Positions 30,972 to 45,136 are shown, counted from the stretch's first letter. The stretch is DNA of 64,000 nucleotides from Sulfuritalea sp. (GCA_044359585.1 JBIKLV010000010.1:3319-67318), one strand, 5' to 3'. Made by a program: numbers and translations. The notes: a model not told the origin generated them from the sequence alone.

Positions 30972-31226
30972 TCAGGCAGCCTTGGTAGCGGCCGCCTGCT
31001 TGACCAGACGGGCTGCGGTCGGCGACAGTTGGGCGCCGTGCCCCTGCCAGTAGGCCAGGCGCTCGGTGTTGATCACCAGACCCTGCTCATTCGCGGCAGC
31101 GACGGGATTGTAGTAGCCGATGCGCTCAATGAAGCGACCGTCACGGCGATTGCGCGAATCGGCAACCACCATATTGAAGAACGGGCGCTTTTTGGCGCCG
31201 CTGCGGGCCAGACGAATAACAACCAT
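30972..31226 (-). CDS. rpsP: 30S ribosomal protein S16
   Basis: [16 protein letters not shown]; start ATG 31226. Confidence 0.97.
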   Translation of the reverse strand: MVVIRLARSGAKKRPFFNMVVADSRNRRDGRFIERIGYYNPVAAANEQGLVINTERLAYWQGHGAQLSPTAARLVKQAAATKAA

Positions 31227-31560
31227 GGTGTTCTCTTGAAAAGCGGGAAAGCCGGCGATTCTATTGCAAAGACACGGATAAAACAAGAAGTTGTCCCCCT
31301 TTTTGGCCTGTGGACTCCGCCTCCGCCAAACACGAGAAGCCCCCACCCCCAGCCGCCCAGCACAAAAGAAGAGCCTGACTTCAGATGGCTCTTGAGCACC
31401 CGACTGCCTTCGTTACTCCGCGGCAGTGACGAAAGCCCTGGCAACCCCAACCCCATAGAGGATCGAGCACTCCTGGAGTGCCGACGTCATCATGCGCGAC
31501 CAAAGAAAATACATTCAGTTTCCACTAGAATCGCAATTCATACAGGCTGTCCTGCCCAAA

Positions 31561-33071
31561 ATGAGCCGCAAACAGACATTGCCCCCCCCTCATCCTCTGC
31601 TGCAGCAGGCGCTGGATTGGCTCGCCGAGCCGGCGGAAGATGATCCGCTCCTGGATCTGATACCCCTGCGCAAGCACCTCGCGGCAATTGGGTCGCTGCA
31701 GATTCCCGTCCTGCATCGCCTGAAGATCGACGAACTGCTGCAGCAAAGAGCCGAACGCATCGACGAAGCACTCATTCCACTGCTGCTCGACGTAAAACTG
31801 CCGCTCCCCGTATCGTTGGGAACGGTTGCCCACAGTCTGATTGGCTTGCGCGCCGAACTCGGTGAAACCTGGTTGCGCATCGCAGGCGAGGCCGACCCCC
31901 AGGATCTCGCGCGCGTACATCGCAGCCGACCACAGATATGCCTGCAGGGCATAAACAACCTCGCGCGGCAATTTATGGCGGTGCAGGTGGTCGCGATACC
32001 GACCCCCCTGAACTTCTGGCGCAATTGCCAGGCGCTCTATCATGCCGCCCACGAGTCGGTGGATCCGGACTCGACGCTTCCCGCCGAAATCTCGGCAATC
32101 GATGCCAAGTTCAAAGTCATGCTGGCGCTCACGGCAGCACAACCTGAAGGGCTCACGCCACGCGAAATCGTGTTCCTCGCCGAGTACCTGGAATCAACGG
32201 CAGGGCTTGCGAGAATCGACCCGATTGCACCGCAGGCTTCTGAAGACTGGTACTGGCTCGACCTGAGCATGGATCAACCGCCGGTTCCGCTCGAACGAAT
32301 GAAACCGAGTGGTGGCCAATCCATCTATATCCGCTTCGGCGAACTTGCCGCTGAAGCGGCGCGGCACCTAGAACAGTTGAACGACGGCAGTCCCCCGCGG
32401 ACGCTCGGCCTTCCGCTGCAGGCAGCCGGCGCCGACTACCGCAACGCACTCGAACGCGCCAGGCAGCACTGGGCAGCCCCGCGCCGCCGCAGTTTCAATC
32501 GCCGGCCGCAGTCATTGCCGGTAGAGGTTTGCACACAGCTGAGTTCGATCTGGACGGCCCTCAAAGGCGAATCGGAGCCGGACCCGACCTCCTCGGTTTG
32601 CGAACTGACCTACAGCGACTGGACCTTGCTCAATGAAGGTCCATCGGGTTATGCAATAGTGCATGTGGTGGGTGCGGTCATGGGCATCGTGCCGGGATGT
32701 GCGGTGGGATTGCGCACCGGGGCTGGCGCGGCTTGGCAAATCTGCCTCGTCCGCTGGGCTCGCAGCAGGAGCAGCAGCCACGTCGAACTGGGACTGGAGG
32801 TCATTTCACCTTCCGCGACGCCGGTACGCATCCAGGCAATCGGCACTCGAAATCCTGAACCACCGGTACCTGCGTTACTGCTTCCAGCGATGCCGAGCAT
32901 CAATCGGAGTGAATCCATACTGGCAGGCCGCGGGAACTACAACGCCCGCCCGTTCACCTTGCTGCAAGAGCACGAGTCCCATTTGCAGGTCGCCGAATAC
33001 ATTCCGCAGCGGACGCTGATCGAAACTTCCAGCATCGAAGTCTTCGAGTTCCTTCGCAACAGATCCGGCAG

Positions 33072-33075
<4 letters not shown>
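31561..33075 (+). CDS. Conserved hypothetical protein with C-terminal PilZ-like motifs
   Basis: Long uninterrupted ORF; RxxxR (RSFNR) and NxGxxG (NEGPSG) then beta-rich segment. Confidence 0.65.
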
Positions 33076-34872
<1,797 letters not shown>

Positions 34873-34889
<17 letters not shown>

Positions 34890-36411
34890 GCTTTTCCTGC
34901 CCGTAGCGCAGCTTGTTGAGTGCGTTGATATAGGCCTTGGCGGACGCAACCACGATGTCGGTATCGGCACCCTGGCCATTCACGATCCGTCCATCCCTGG
35001 CCAGGCGAACGGTAACCTCGCCCTGCGCATCCGTCCCCGTGGTAATCGCATTCACCGAGTAGAGCAGAAGTTCGGAGCCGCTGGCTGCTACGGTTTCGAT
35101 GGCCTTGAAGGTCGCGTCTACCGGCCCGCTGCCGCTTGATTCAGCCTGCTGCTCGGCGCCGCCGGCGGACAGTGTCAGCCTGGCCAGGGGCGCCTCCCCC
35201 GTTTCGGAGTGGAACATCGACGAAACGAGCTTGTAATGCTCGTCATCGGTGACGACCATTTCGTCGCTCATCAGCGCGTGCAGGTCTTCATCGAATATTT
35301 CATGCTTTTTGTCGGCGAGTTCCTTGAAGTGCGCGAACGCAACGTTCAGAACCTGCTCGCTTTCCACCTCGATGCCAAGCTCCTTCAGGCGGGCCCTGAA
35401 GGCCGTACGTCCGGAATGCTTGCCGAGCACCAGCTTGTTGGCATTCCAGCCGACATCTTCGGCACGCATGATTTCATAGGTTTCGCGATGCTTGAGTACC
35501 CCGTCCTGGTGAATTCCCGACTCGTGCGCAAACGCGTTCGCCCCGACAATCGCCTTGTTCGGCTGCACTGGGAATCCGGTGATGCTGGACACCATTTTGG
35601 ATGCGGCGACGATCTGCGTCGTGTCGATGCGCGTCACGCAGGGAAATACGTCCTGCCGCGTATGGACCGCCATGACGATCTCTTCCAGCGCGGCATTGCC
35701 TGCACGCTCGCCAAGGCCATTGATGGTGCATTCGACCTGGCGTGCCCCCGCCATCACCGCGGCAAGGCTGTTCGCCACCGCAAGACCCAGGTCGTTATGG
35801 CAATGGACTGACCATATCACCTTCTCCGAACCGGGAATCCGCTCGCGCAGTTGCCTTATCCTTTCAGCGTATTGCTCAGGGACGTTGTAACCCACCGTGT
35901 CCGGAATATTGATGGTGGTGGCTCCCTCCTTGATTACCGCCTCGATGATCCTGCAGAGAAAATCCAGATCGGAGCGTCCGGCGTCTTCGCAAGAAAACTC
36001 GACATCGTCGATGCCGTTGCGTGCGAACCGCACGGCCTTCTGCGCCGCCACGAGGACGTCGTCCGGCGCCATGCGCAGCTTCTTCTCCATGTGAATCGGA
36101 CTGGTCGCAATGAAAGTGTGAATGCGTCCCGACCTGGCCGGCTTTACCGCCTCCAGTGCCCGCGCGATGTCTTTGTCGAAGGCGCGGCACAAGCCGGCAA
36201 CGGTGGAATCCTTGATGGCTTCGGCCACCGCCTTTACAGCTTCAAAGTCGCCATTGGATGCAGCCGGAAAACCGGCCTCGATGACGTCGACACGCATCCT
36301 CTCCAATTGACGGGCTATCCTCAGCTTTTCCTCTTTGGTCATTGACGCCCCGGGACTCTGCTCACCGTCGCGCAATGTCGTATCGAAAATGATCAATTGA
36401 TCTTTGGCCAT
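34873..36411 (-). CDS. leuA: 2-isopropylmalate synthase
   Basis: [27 protein letters not shown], regulatory domain. Confidence 0.97.
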
Positions 36412-36497
36412 GATTCTCTCCAGGCAAAACAGGAATGGGTTTATCCCGCCCCTCGTGGAGCAGGCACTATCGACAACCGGATTGAGTGGGTGGTTTT

Positions 36498-36608
36498 TTA
36501 GCGCGCGCGGCGCAGCAGCGGGAGCAGCTTCGCCCGCAATGGCCGGCGTGCGATCAGCACGCCCGAGAGGCCGAGAAACAAGACAGCAAAGAAAAGTTCA
36601 GCGAACAT
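36498..36608 (-). CDS. 36-aa Leu-rich ORF upstream of leuA (candidate leader peptide or small membrane protein)
   Basis: [36 protein letters not shown], 10 Leu, stop 86 nt before leuA. Confidence 0.45.
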   Translation of the reverse strand: MFAELFFAVLFLGLSGVLIARRPLRAKLLPLLRRAR

Positions 36609-36626
36609 GTTTTCACTATAAAGATA

Positions 36627-37400
36627 TTACTCGGAGCGCGCAACAGATTTTCTCCGACCGCGCCAATCCCAAGCGGCCATCAGATATCCGGAAATTGCAT
36701 AGGCGAGAAACAATGCGAAAAGTACGCCCGGCGGATAGGTGGATACCAGCACATAACCAAGCACAATCACCGGAAGCACCATGAAGGGTACGCTGCGGCG
36801 CAGATTGATGTCCTTCCCGCTCCAGTAACGCAGGGTACTGACCATCGTAATGCCCGAGAAAAGCGTCAACGCAAACGCATACCATCGAACATCTTCACCA
36901 GGAATATTCAGGTCATTGATGATCCAGACAAAACCAGCAACCAATGCTGCTGCGGCCGGACTCGGCAATCCCTGAAAGTAGCGCTTATCTACAACGCCGA
37001 TGTTGGTATTGAAACGGGCCAAGCGCAAAGCAGCTCCCGCGCAATATACAAAAGCAGCAATCCAGCCCCATTTCCCCATCCCCTTCATTGCCCACTCGAA
37101 CGCAATCAGGGCTGGGGCGGCGCCAAACGACACCATGTCCGACAAGGAATCATACTCAGCGCCAAATGCGCTCTGGGTGCGAGTCATGCGTGCCACACGG
37201 CCATCCAAACCATCGAACACCATCGCAATGAATATTGCCACCGCCGCATTCTCGAAACGTCCGGTCATGGCTTGAACGATAGCGTAGAAACCCGCGAAGA
37301 GGCCTGCCGTCGTCAGCAGATTGGGCAGCAGGAAAATTCCGCGCCGACGCAGTTCGGGATTCATCAACGTCTTGCGTGGAGGCAGTGCCGGCATGGTCAA
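36627..37400 (-). CDS. pssA: CDP-diacylglycerol-serine O-phosphatidyltransferase
   Basis: DGLDGRVAR..DSLSDMVSFG motif. Confidence 0.95.
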   Translation of the reverse strand: MTMPALPPRKTLMNPELRRRGIFLLPNLLTTAGLFAGFYAIVQAMTGRFENAAVAIFIAMVFDGLDGRVARMTRTQSAFGAEYDSLSDMVSFGAAPALIAFEWAMKGMGKWGWIAAFVYCAGAALRLARFNTNIGVVDKRYFQGLPSPAAAALVAGFVWIINDLNIPGEDVRWYAFALTLFSGITMVSTLRYWSGKDINLRRSVPFMVLPVIVLGYVLVSTYPPGVLFALFLAYAISGYLMAAWDWRGRRKSVARSE

Positions 37401-37514
37401 GGGAAATCCGAAAAATTCATGTCCTATTCTAACGGTTCAAAGGACTTTGACGATATGCCGCCATTCCGGAGTGAGTTCGGAAGCATGATTGGGAGGAAAG
37501 CAAGGAGGCGAAAA

Positions 37515-37544
37515 TAAAAAAGGCGCGACTAAGTCGCGCCTTTT
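37515..37544 (-). terminator. Intrinsic terminator after ilvC
   Basis: AAAAGGCGCGACT / AGTCGCGCCTTTT stem with T run on minus strand. Confidence 0.8.
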
Positions 37545-37559
37545 CGACATGCAGGTGCG

Positions 37560-38591
<1,032 letters not shown>

Positions 38592-38598
38592 TCAGTGT

Positions 38599-39090
38599 TC
38601 AGACTTTGAGAATTCGATCACCACGCCCGATCCCGGAAACACCGGTGCGTACTGTTTCGAGAATCAACGATCTGTCGATGGCCTCGAGAAAGGCGTCCAG
38701 CTTGGAACCATTGCCGGTCAATTCAATGACGTAGGTCGAATCCGTCACGTCAATGATGCGGCCACGAAAAATATCCGCGATGCGCTTCATTTCTTCGCGA
38801 TCCTTGCCGGCCGCCCGAACCTTTACCAGCATGAGTTCGCGCTCGATATGAGCCGCCTCAGACAGATCCACCACCTTGACGACATCGATCAGTTTGTTGA
38901 GCTGCTTGGTAATCTGCTCGATGACATCGTCCGAACCGCTGCTGACGATCGTCATCCGTGAAAGGGATGCATCCTCGGTCGGCGCAACCGTCAGCGATTC
39001 GATGTTGAAGGCCCTTGCGGAGAAAAGACCCGACACGCGCGAAAGGGCACCGGCTTCGTTTTCAATGAGTATTGAAATGATGTGTCGCAT
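38599..39090 (-). CDS. ilvN: Acetolactate synthase small subunit
   Basis: MRHIISIL.ENEAGALSRV ACT domain. Confidence 0.96.
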   Translation of the reverse strand: MRHIISILIENEAGALSRVSGLFSARAFNIESLTVAPTEDASLSRMTIVSSGSDDVIEQITKQLNKLIDVVKVVDLSEAAHIERELMLVKVRAAGKDREEMKRIADIFRGRIIDVTDSTYVIELTGNGSKLDAFLEAIDRSLILETVRTGVSGIGRGDRILKV

Positions 39091-39092
39091 GC

Positions 39093-40802
39093 TCACAATT
39101 CCTCAGCCAGAATCATCTCGGACAATCCCTTGCCAGCCGCAACCATGGGATACACGTTGGCCGTCTGATCGGTGAGGAAATCCATAAAAACCAGATCATT
39201 CTTGTGTTTGGTAAACGCCTCGCGCAGCGCGGGCTCCACGTCCGCCGGACGCTCGATCTTCATTCCGACATGCCCGTAGGATTCGGCCAGCTTGACGAAA
39301 TCGGGCAGGGCATCGACGTAGGACTCTGCATAACGGTTGCCGTGGAACATTTGCTGCCATTGGCGAACCATGCCCAAATAGCGATTATTCAGGTTGATGA
39401 TCTTGATCGGCAACCGGAATTGCTTCGCTGTCGACAGCTCCTGAATATTCATCTGGATGGAAGCCTCGCCGGTGATGCAGGCGACTGTGGCCTTCGGATT
39501 CGCAAAACGAACGCCCATGGCATACGGCAGTCCGACGCCCATGGTCCCCAGACCGCCGGAATTGATCCAGCGCCGCGGCTTGTCGAACTTGTAGTACTGC
39601 GCCGCCCACATCTGATGCTGACCGACATCGGACGTAACGAAAGCTTCGCCGCCGGTGACCTCATAAAGCTTCTCGACGACGTACTGGGGCATGATGATTT
39701 CCTTGCCCTGTTTGTATTTCAACGACTTCTTGCTGCGCCATTCATCGATCTGCTTCCACCATGCTGACAGTGCCTTTGCGTCCGGAACTCCAGAAGATGC
39801 TTCGAGCAACTTTTGCAACTCGTCCAGCACGTCGGGAAGGTTGCCAACGATCGGTACATCGACCTTGACACGCTTCGATATAGAGGATGGATCGATATCA
39901 ATGTGAATGATCTTTCGAGCAACCTCTGCAAAATGAGCCGGATTGCCGATTACCCGATCGTCGAATCGAGCACCGACCGCGATCAAAACATCGCAGTTCT
40001 GCATGGCCATGTTGGCTTCATAGGTACCGTGCATGCCGAGCATTCCAAGCGACTGCTTGTCAGTGGCCGGGTATCCCCCAAGTCCCATCAGGGTATTGGT
40101 TACCGGATAACCAAGGGTTCGGGCAAGTTTCACCAACCGGTCTGCTGCGTCTGAGAGGATGACCCCACCGCCCGCGTAGATCATCGGACGCTTGGCATCC
40201 AGCAGCATCTGAACCGCCTTCTTGATCTGGCCACCGTGACCCTTAACCACCGGGTTGTAGGAGCGCATGGCGATCGTCTTCGGATACTCAAACTCGCACT
40301 TCTGATTCGTCACATCCTTTGGAATGTCCACCAGCACCGGGCCGGGACGACCTGTCTTGGCGATATAGAACGCCTTTTTCAAAGTGATTGCGAGATCCCT
40401 TACATCCTTGACCAGGAAATTGTGCTTTACACAGGGCCGCGTAATGCCGACGGTATCGCACTCCTGAAAGGCATCCTGACCGATGTAGGCGGTCGGGACC
40501 TGACCGCTGATGATCACCATCGGCACTGAGTCCATATGCGCCGTGGCAATGCCGGTGACGGCATTGGTCACGCCAGGGCCGGACGTGACCAAGCAGACAC
40601 CGATCTTGTTTGACGAACGCGAATACGCGTCTGCCGCATGTACGGCAGCCTGCTCATGCCGAACCAGAACATGCTTGAACTTGTCCTGCTTGAACAGTTC
40701 GTCGTAGATGTATAGAACTGAGCCGCCGGGATAGCCGAAGACGTACTCGACTTTTTCCTCTTGCAAGCATCTGATTACAATTTCCGCGCCAGTTAGCTGC
40801 AT
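39093..40802 (-). CDS. ilvB: Acetolactate synthase large subunit
   Basis: FGYPGG, RHEQ, TSGPG, DVGQHQMW, SGGLGTMG. Confidence 0.97.
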   Translation of the reverse strand: MQLTGAEIVIRCLQEEKVEYVFGYPGGSVLYIYDELFKQDKFKHVLVRHEQAAVHAADAYSRSSNKIGVCLVTSGPGVTNAVTGIATAHMDSVPMVIISGQVPTAYIGQDAFQECDTVGITRPCVKHNFLVKDVRDLAITLKKAFYIAKTGRPGPVLVDIPKDVTNQKCEFEYPKTIAMRSYNPVVKGHGGQIKKAVQMLLDAKRPMIYAGGGVILSDAADRLVKLARTLGYPVTNTLMGLGGYPATDKQSLGMLGMHGTYEANMAMQNCDVLIAVGARFDDRVIGNPAHFAEVARKIIHIDIDPSSISKRVKVDVPIVGNLPDVLDELQKLLEASSGVPDAKALSAWWKQIDEWRSKKSLKYKQGKEIIMPQYVVEKLYEVTGGEAFVTSDVGQHQMWAAQYYKFDKPRRWINSGGLGTMGVGLPYAMGVRFANPKATVACITGEASIQMNIQELSTAKQFRLPIKIINLNNRYLGMVRQWQQMFHGNRYAESYVDALPDFVKLAESYGHVGMKIERPADVEPALREAFTKHKNDLVFMDFLTDQTANVYPMVAAGKGLSEMILAEEL

Positions 40803-40966
40803 TGATTACACCTGTTGCACTTTTTGAGTGAAACATATAACCATACTGGCTCGTTCGCAAATGGTCAAGATTTATGTCTCCGAAACCGGTTCAGGAATTG
40901 ACATTCATAGGGGCTATAGTTCGCCCTTGGGGTTTTTAAACTGAATACAGGCTTCAGGAGAAGCTT

Positions 40967-41530
40967 CTGGGTTCCCGAACTGAGCTATCGGACTTCCTTG
41001 CCGGAGTAGAGCGACGCGCCTTCAAACAGGCGATGTTCGCAGTGCGGAACGAGGAAACGGCGCTGGACATTGTTCAGGACGCAATGATGCGCCTTGCGGA
41101 AAAATACGGTGATCGACCCGTCGCCGAATGGCCGATGCTCTTTCAGAGAATCCTGCAAAACGCCATTCGTGACAGTTACAGGAGATCCAAGGTGCGGTCC
41201 CTGTGGACGACATTGCTTTCCTCGTTGTCTTCCGGAGAAGAGGAAGAAACTGATCCACTTGAAACTTATCTCGTCACCAAGGAGTCCGACGGATTTAGAG
41301 GGCCCGACAGAGAATTGGAGCGCTCTCAACTTATTGGAATTATTGAAAAAGAGGTTTCCAAGTTGCCACCACGTCAACGTGAAGCCTTTCTGATGCGTTA
41401 CTGGGAGGAAATGGATATTGCCGAGACTGCTGCGGCGATGGGATGCACCGAAGGTAGCGTGAAAACGCACTGTTCGCGTGCCACACATACTTTGGCTGCA
41501 GCGCTCAAGGCAAAGGGCATCGTGCTATGA
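40967..41530 (+). CDS. ECF RNA polymerase sigma factor (probable CTG start)
   Basis: Region 2 (DIVQDAM, ILQN) and region 4 (GSVKTHCSRA); frame extends upstream of ATG 41033 to CTG 40967 with an AGGAG RBS. Confidence 0.85.
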   Translation: MGSRTELSDFLAGVERRAFKQAMFAVRNEETALDIVQDAMMRLAEKYGDRPVAEWPMLFQRILQNAIRDSYRRSKVRSLWTTLLSSLSSGEEEETDPLETYLVTKESDGFRGPDRELERSQLIGIIEKEVSKLPPRQREAFLMRYWEEMDIAETAAAMGCTEGSVKTHCSRATHTLAAALKAKGIVL

Positions 41531-41913
41531 ACCAAGATACGGAATTCGGATACAAGACAAGACAAATCCTTAACAATGGTGTGGATACCTTGGAAAGGAA
41601 AGTTATGGTTCGCCTGCAGGAAGCGCGCCAAAGCGCACTGAACTCGCAACGTGTGCCGGTTCGCGGACTGCGGCTCGCCAGCATTGGACACAGCGTTGAG
41701 TTGGCGGTGTTCCCGTATGTTCGAAGCTTGATCGCCGCCATGGCTCTGGTTATTGGCGCAACCGGGACGTATTACTGGAACGCTTACGAACAAGCGCAGG
41801 AATACGAGGAAATCGACAGCGCACTTCTTGCTGACGAGCTTCCACCGTCCGCCTATCTTGACCGAGGCTTCCACGCATGGCTCGAACGCGCTTCGGACTC
41901 GTCTTCGCAATAG
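41527..41913 (+). CDS. DUF3619-like membrane protein (putative anti-sigma)
   Basis: RL..ARQ.AL, one TM, DELP..AYLD.GF; ATGA overlap with sigma. Confidence 0.8.
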   Translation: MNQDTEFGYKTRQILNNGVDTLERKVMVRLQEARQSALNSQRVPVRGLRLASIGHSVELAVFPYVRSLIAAMALVIGATGTYYWNAYEQAQEYEEIDSALLADELPPSAYLDRGFHAWLERASDSSSQ

Positions 41914-42401
41914 CGCTCTGGCTGGTTGCTCCAATCAGCAACGCCGTCATCGTACCTCCGCTCTCACAGCCATCCTGGAGCGAGCTAAACGCGGAGCAGA
42001 AGCGTGTCCTCGCTCCTCTCGCCGGTGAATGGGACCAGCTTGACGGCTTCAGGCGCAAGAAGTGGTTGGGAATTGCACAGCGCTACCAGGCTCTTAGCCC
42101 TGATGAGCAGACCCGCATCCAGCGCAGAATGACGACTTGGGCGAAGCTCACGCCAGAAGAGCGCAAACGAGCAAGAGACCAGTACAAATCCATGCAAAAG
42201 GCTCCTCCCGAAAAGAAGGAGGAGGTCAAGCTCAAATGGCAGGAATATAAAGACCTACCGGAGGGCGAGAAAGCCCGCCTGAAAGCGGAGGTGGCGAGCA
42301 AGCCCACTGCGCGCCCCGTACCGTCGAAGTCGACCGTCGCACCGGTCGTACCGTCTGTTTCAGGAAATCCGCCCGTATCCACGCCAGCGGCGAATCGCTA
42401 A
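41877..42401 (+). CDS. DUF3106-like periplasmic helical-repeat protein
   Basis: Signal peptide and repeated W..L..E.R units. Confidence 0.8.
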   Translation: MARTRFGLVFAIALWLVAPISNAVIVPPLSQPSWSELNAEQKRVLAPLAGEWDQLDGFRRKKWLGIAQRYQALSPDEQTRIQRRMTTWAKLTPEERKRARDQYKSMQKAPPEKKEEVKLKWQEYKDLPEGEKARLKAEVASKPTARPVPSKSTVAPVVPSVSGNPPVSTPAANR

Positions 42402-42403
42402 GA

Positions 42404-42850
42404 GTGCTTCCATTCAATCGCATGCCACGCCCAGCAGGTGAATTTCCAGGGTTCGGCCGTCGAATTGCAAGCATGGCCTACGATAGTTTGCTGCTGCTTG
42501 GCGTTCTGTCAGTCGGGTTCATGTTGCCGCAGATCATATTGGGCATGGGATTCAGCCTGCTTCTGCCTGGCTGGGCTCTCCTTTGCAATGTCTTCGTCGT
42601 GGTTGGCTGCTATTTTCTGTGGTACTGGCATCACGGAGGACAAACTCTCGCGATGCAAACCTGGAAAATCCGGATAGCGACACCGGATGGTGCACAACCC
42701 AGTCTGTCCCGTCTGGCATTGCGATATGCGCTTAGCTGGCCAAGTTTGATTTATTTCGGGGTGGGAATCTTTTGGGCGCTGTTCGATCGAGACGGGCAAT
42801 TCCTTCACGACAGGCTAGCCGGAACTCGTATCGTATTCAAGTCGCACTAG
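42404..42850 (+). CDS. RDD-family membrane protein
   Basis: RR.AS..YD, GQTLAM..WKIR, LHDRLAGT. Confidence 0.9.
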   Translation: MLPFNRMPRPAGEFPGFGRRIASMAYDSLLLLGVLSVGFMLPQIILGMGFSLLLPGWALLCNVFVVVGCYFLWYWHHGGQTLAMQTWKIRIATPDGAQPSLSRLALRYALSWPSLIYFGVGIFWALFDRDGQFLHDRLAGTRIVFKSH

Positions 42851-42856
42851 AAACAA

Positions 42857-43942
42857 TCAACGTCGCTCAACCCACCACAGCAGCCCTGCAGCGGTCAGAA
42901 GAAAGATTACGCTGGGGGTAATTGCAGAAAAGAACGGTGGCCAGCTGTTGATAACCCCGAGACTAGAAAAAAGTCCGTTCAGCATGTGGAAGCCGATACC
43001 GAGCATGATTCCGGCAAAGACCCGGATGCTGACGGCACCCATTCGATCCTGCATATAGGCAAACGGAAGTGCCAGCACCATCATTACGACCGCCGCCATG
43101 GGATAGATCAGCTTTTTCCAGATCGCAATGTCGTAACGATCGGTTTTTTGCTGATTTCCGCTCAAATGCCTGATGTACAGATATAGATTCACCAAGGACA
43201 TGCGTTCCGGCACGACCATCAGCACCGCCAGCAGGTCCGGATTAAGCGCCGACTTCCACTGCAGTTCGCGATATTTTTCGACATGCGCGGCATCGCCCGT
43301 AAATACAGTACGTACCACACCATCAAGCAGCCAAATGCCATCCTTGATGTATCGACCACCGTCGGCCTGACTGATCGAGCGAAGCTGAAACCGATCGTCG
43401 AACTCGAATACACGAACATTCTGCAGCGTTGTGTCTGGCAAAACTTCGCGCACATTGACGAACGAACGCTCGTCGCGGACCCACAAACCGGAACGAAACT
43501 CCTGCGCCACCAAAGCGCCCATGGCCTTGAGCCTCAATTGCTGAGCCGCGCGCTCCGAGGGCGGAGCGACGAACTCGCCAACCAGCAGGGTAAGAGCGGA
43601 AAACACTATTCCGATTTTCCCAAGTACGAACAGAAAATCCCGCGTAGACAGCCCGGCTGCACGCAATACCGTAATCTCGGAATGTCGCGCCAGCACCGTC
43701 AACGCGTACAAGGTTCCAATCAGCACGCCGATCGGAAACAATTCATAAAGCCGCCCGGGCAAGGTCAGTACTACATATCCAAGTGCATGCTGAATCTGGT
43801 AGCCGCCCTTGCCGATGCTCTCGAGCTGGTGAACCAGGTCGAAGAAAGCAAAAAGCATCAAAAAGGCAAGCAATACGAGGCCTGTCGTTGCGTAGATTTC
43901 TCGCGCCAGATGGCGTTCATAAATCTTGAACTTCAGCGCCAA
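42857..43942 (-). CDS. lptG: LPS export permease LptG
   Basis: IYERHLARE, LARHSEITVLRAAG; TTG start inferred at 43942. Confidence 0.92.
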   Translation of the reverse strand: MALKFKIYERHLAREIYATTGLVLLAFLMLFAFFDLVHQLESIGKGGYQIQHALGYVVLTLPGRLYELFPIGVLIGTLYALTVLARHSEITVLRAAGLSTRDFLFVLGKIGIVFSALTLLVGEFVAPPSERAAQQLRLKAMGALVAQEFRSGLWVRDERSFVNVREVLPDTTLQNVRVFEFDDRFQLRSISQADGGRYIKDGIWLLDGVVRTVFTGDAAHVEKYRELQWKSALNPDLLAVLMVVPERMSLVNLYLYIRHLSGNQQKTDRYDIAIWKKLIYPMAAVVMMVLALPFAYMQDRMGAVSIRVFAGIMLGIGFHMLNGLFSSLGVINSWPPFFSAITPSVIFLLTAAGLLWWVERR

Positions 43943-45015
43943 CGCAATCTCCCCCAGGCAAGCGGGTTCTGGCGCCTGTAGAACAGGACGACAAGCAGGA
44001 GAAACATCCCGACGTGCACTGCCCAAACGCCAACTTCGAAGCGCAGCTTGCCTTGCGCGACCCATGCCTGGCTCACGCTCAACAAATTGCTGTAGATCAT
44101 GTAAGTGAGAAGCGCGAACAGGAGGTTGTTGGCGCGCCCGGCGCGCGGGTTGACGAATGCAAGCGGAATCGCCAGCACGGCCAAGTTCAATGCCGCCAAC
44201 GGCAAACCAATTCGCCAGAGCAACTCGGCCAGATGGGCCGGTTGCTGATCGCGCACCAGATCCCACAGCGGCTTGGTGCGTGGCGAATCTTCGAAGCCCC
44301 TTGCTTCCTTGGTTTCAATTCGAACGAAGTATCGATCGAACTCCATTACCCGATATTCCGCAGTCCCAGCCGTGCCCTCATAGCGTCGCCCGCGATCAAG
44401 CACCAGAAACCTGTCACCGTTGCTCATTGTCTCGGTGTGCCCCTGGGCGGTCGCCATCACGCCCAACCGACCATGCTGAATCGAACTAATGAAAACGTTC
44501 TTGACCTTCCCGTCCTCGCCAGCGGCACTTTCGACAAAGAACACCCGATCCGCGGAACCCGACTCGTTGAACGCGCCGGGCGATACGCGTGCAACATCGT
44601 CTCGCTGATTCATGGTCTGGCGATAAGTCTCGCTTTTCCAGTTCGCCCAAGGTGCAAGCAGCAGGGAAAGCAGCGCGATGACCACCACCGGCGGCCCGGC
44701 AAATTTCAATACCGGGACGACCCACGCAGTCAGGGGAATTCCCGATGCCAGCCACACCACCATCTCGGAATCGCGATACCAGCGCGACAAGGTCATAAGT
44801 ACCGCGATGAAGACTGTCAGCGACAGCAACACCGGCAGATAGCTGATTGCCCGAAAGCCGAGCAAGGCAATTACTGCCTCAGACGCCAACTTGCCGCCGG
44901 CGGCATCTCCCAGAAGACGGATCAACTGGGTTGTCATCAGGATTGCGAACAGTGCGACGAAAACTCCCGCCGCCGTGTTTGTAAATTCCCGAATCGCGGC
45001 ACGCTGAAAAATCAT
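43933..45015 (-). CDS. lptF: LPS export permease LptF
   Basis: MIFQR...RE, RWYRDSEM, ELLWRIGLP. Confidence 0.94.
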   Translation of the reverse strand: MIFQRAAIREFTNTAAGVFVALFAILMTTQLIRLLGDAAGGKLASEAVIALLGFRAISYLPVLLSLTVFIAVLMTLSRWYRDSEMVVWLASGIPLTAWVVPVLKFAGPPVVVIALLSLLLAPWANWKSETYRQTMNQRDDVARVSPGAFNESGSADRVFFVESAAGEDGKVKNVFISSIQHGRLGVMATAQGHTETMSNGDRFLVLDRGRRYEGTAGTAEYRVMEFDRYFVRIETKEARGFEDSPRTKPLWDLVRDQQPAHLAELLWRIGLPLAALNLAVLAIPLAFVNPRAGRANNLLFALLTYMIYSNLLSVSQAWVAQGKLRFEVGVWAVHVGMFLLLVVLFYRRQNPLAWGRLRWR

Positions 45016-45136
45016 CGCTTAGCAGAATGTCCGCTTTGACATTTGGAGAAAACTTGGGGAATAATGGGAAACAGCATGGAAATCGCTCGAAACATCATGC
45101 TTTCGAGGATTTCCAACCGCCGGAAAGGGGTATGTT

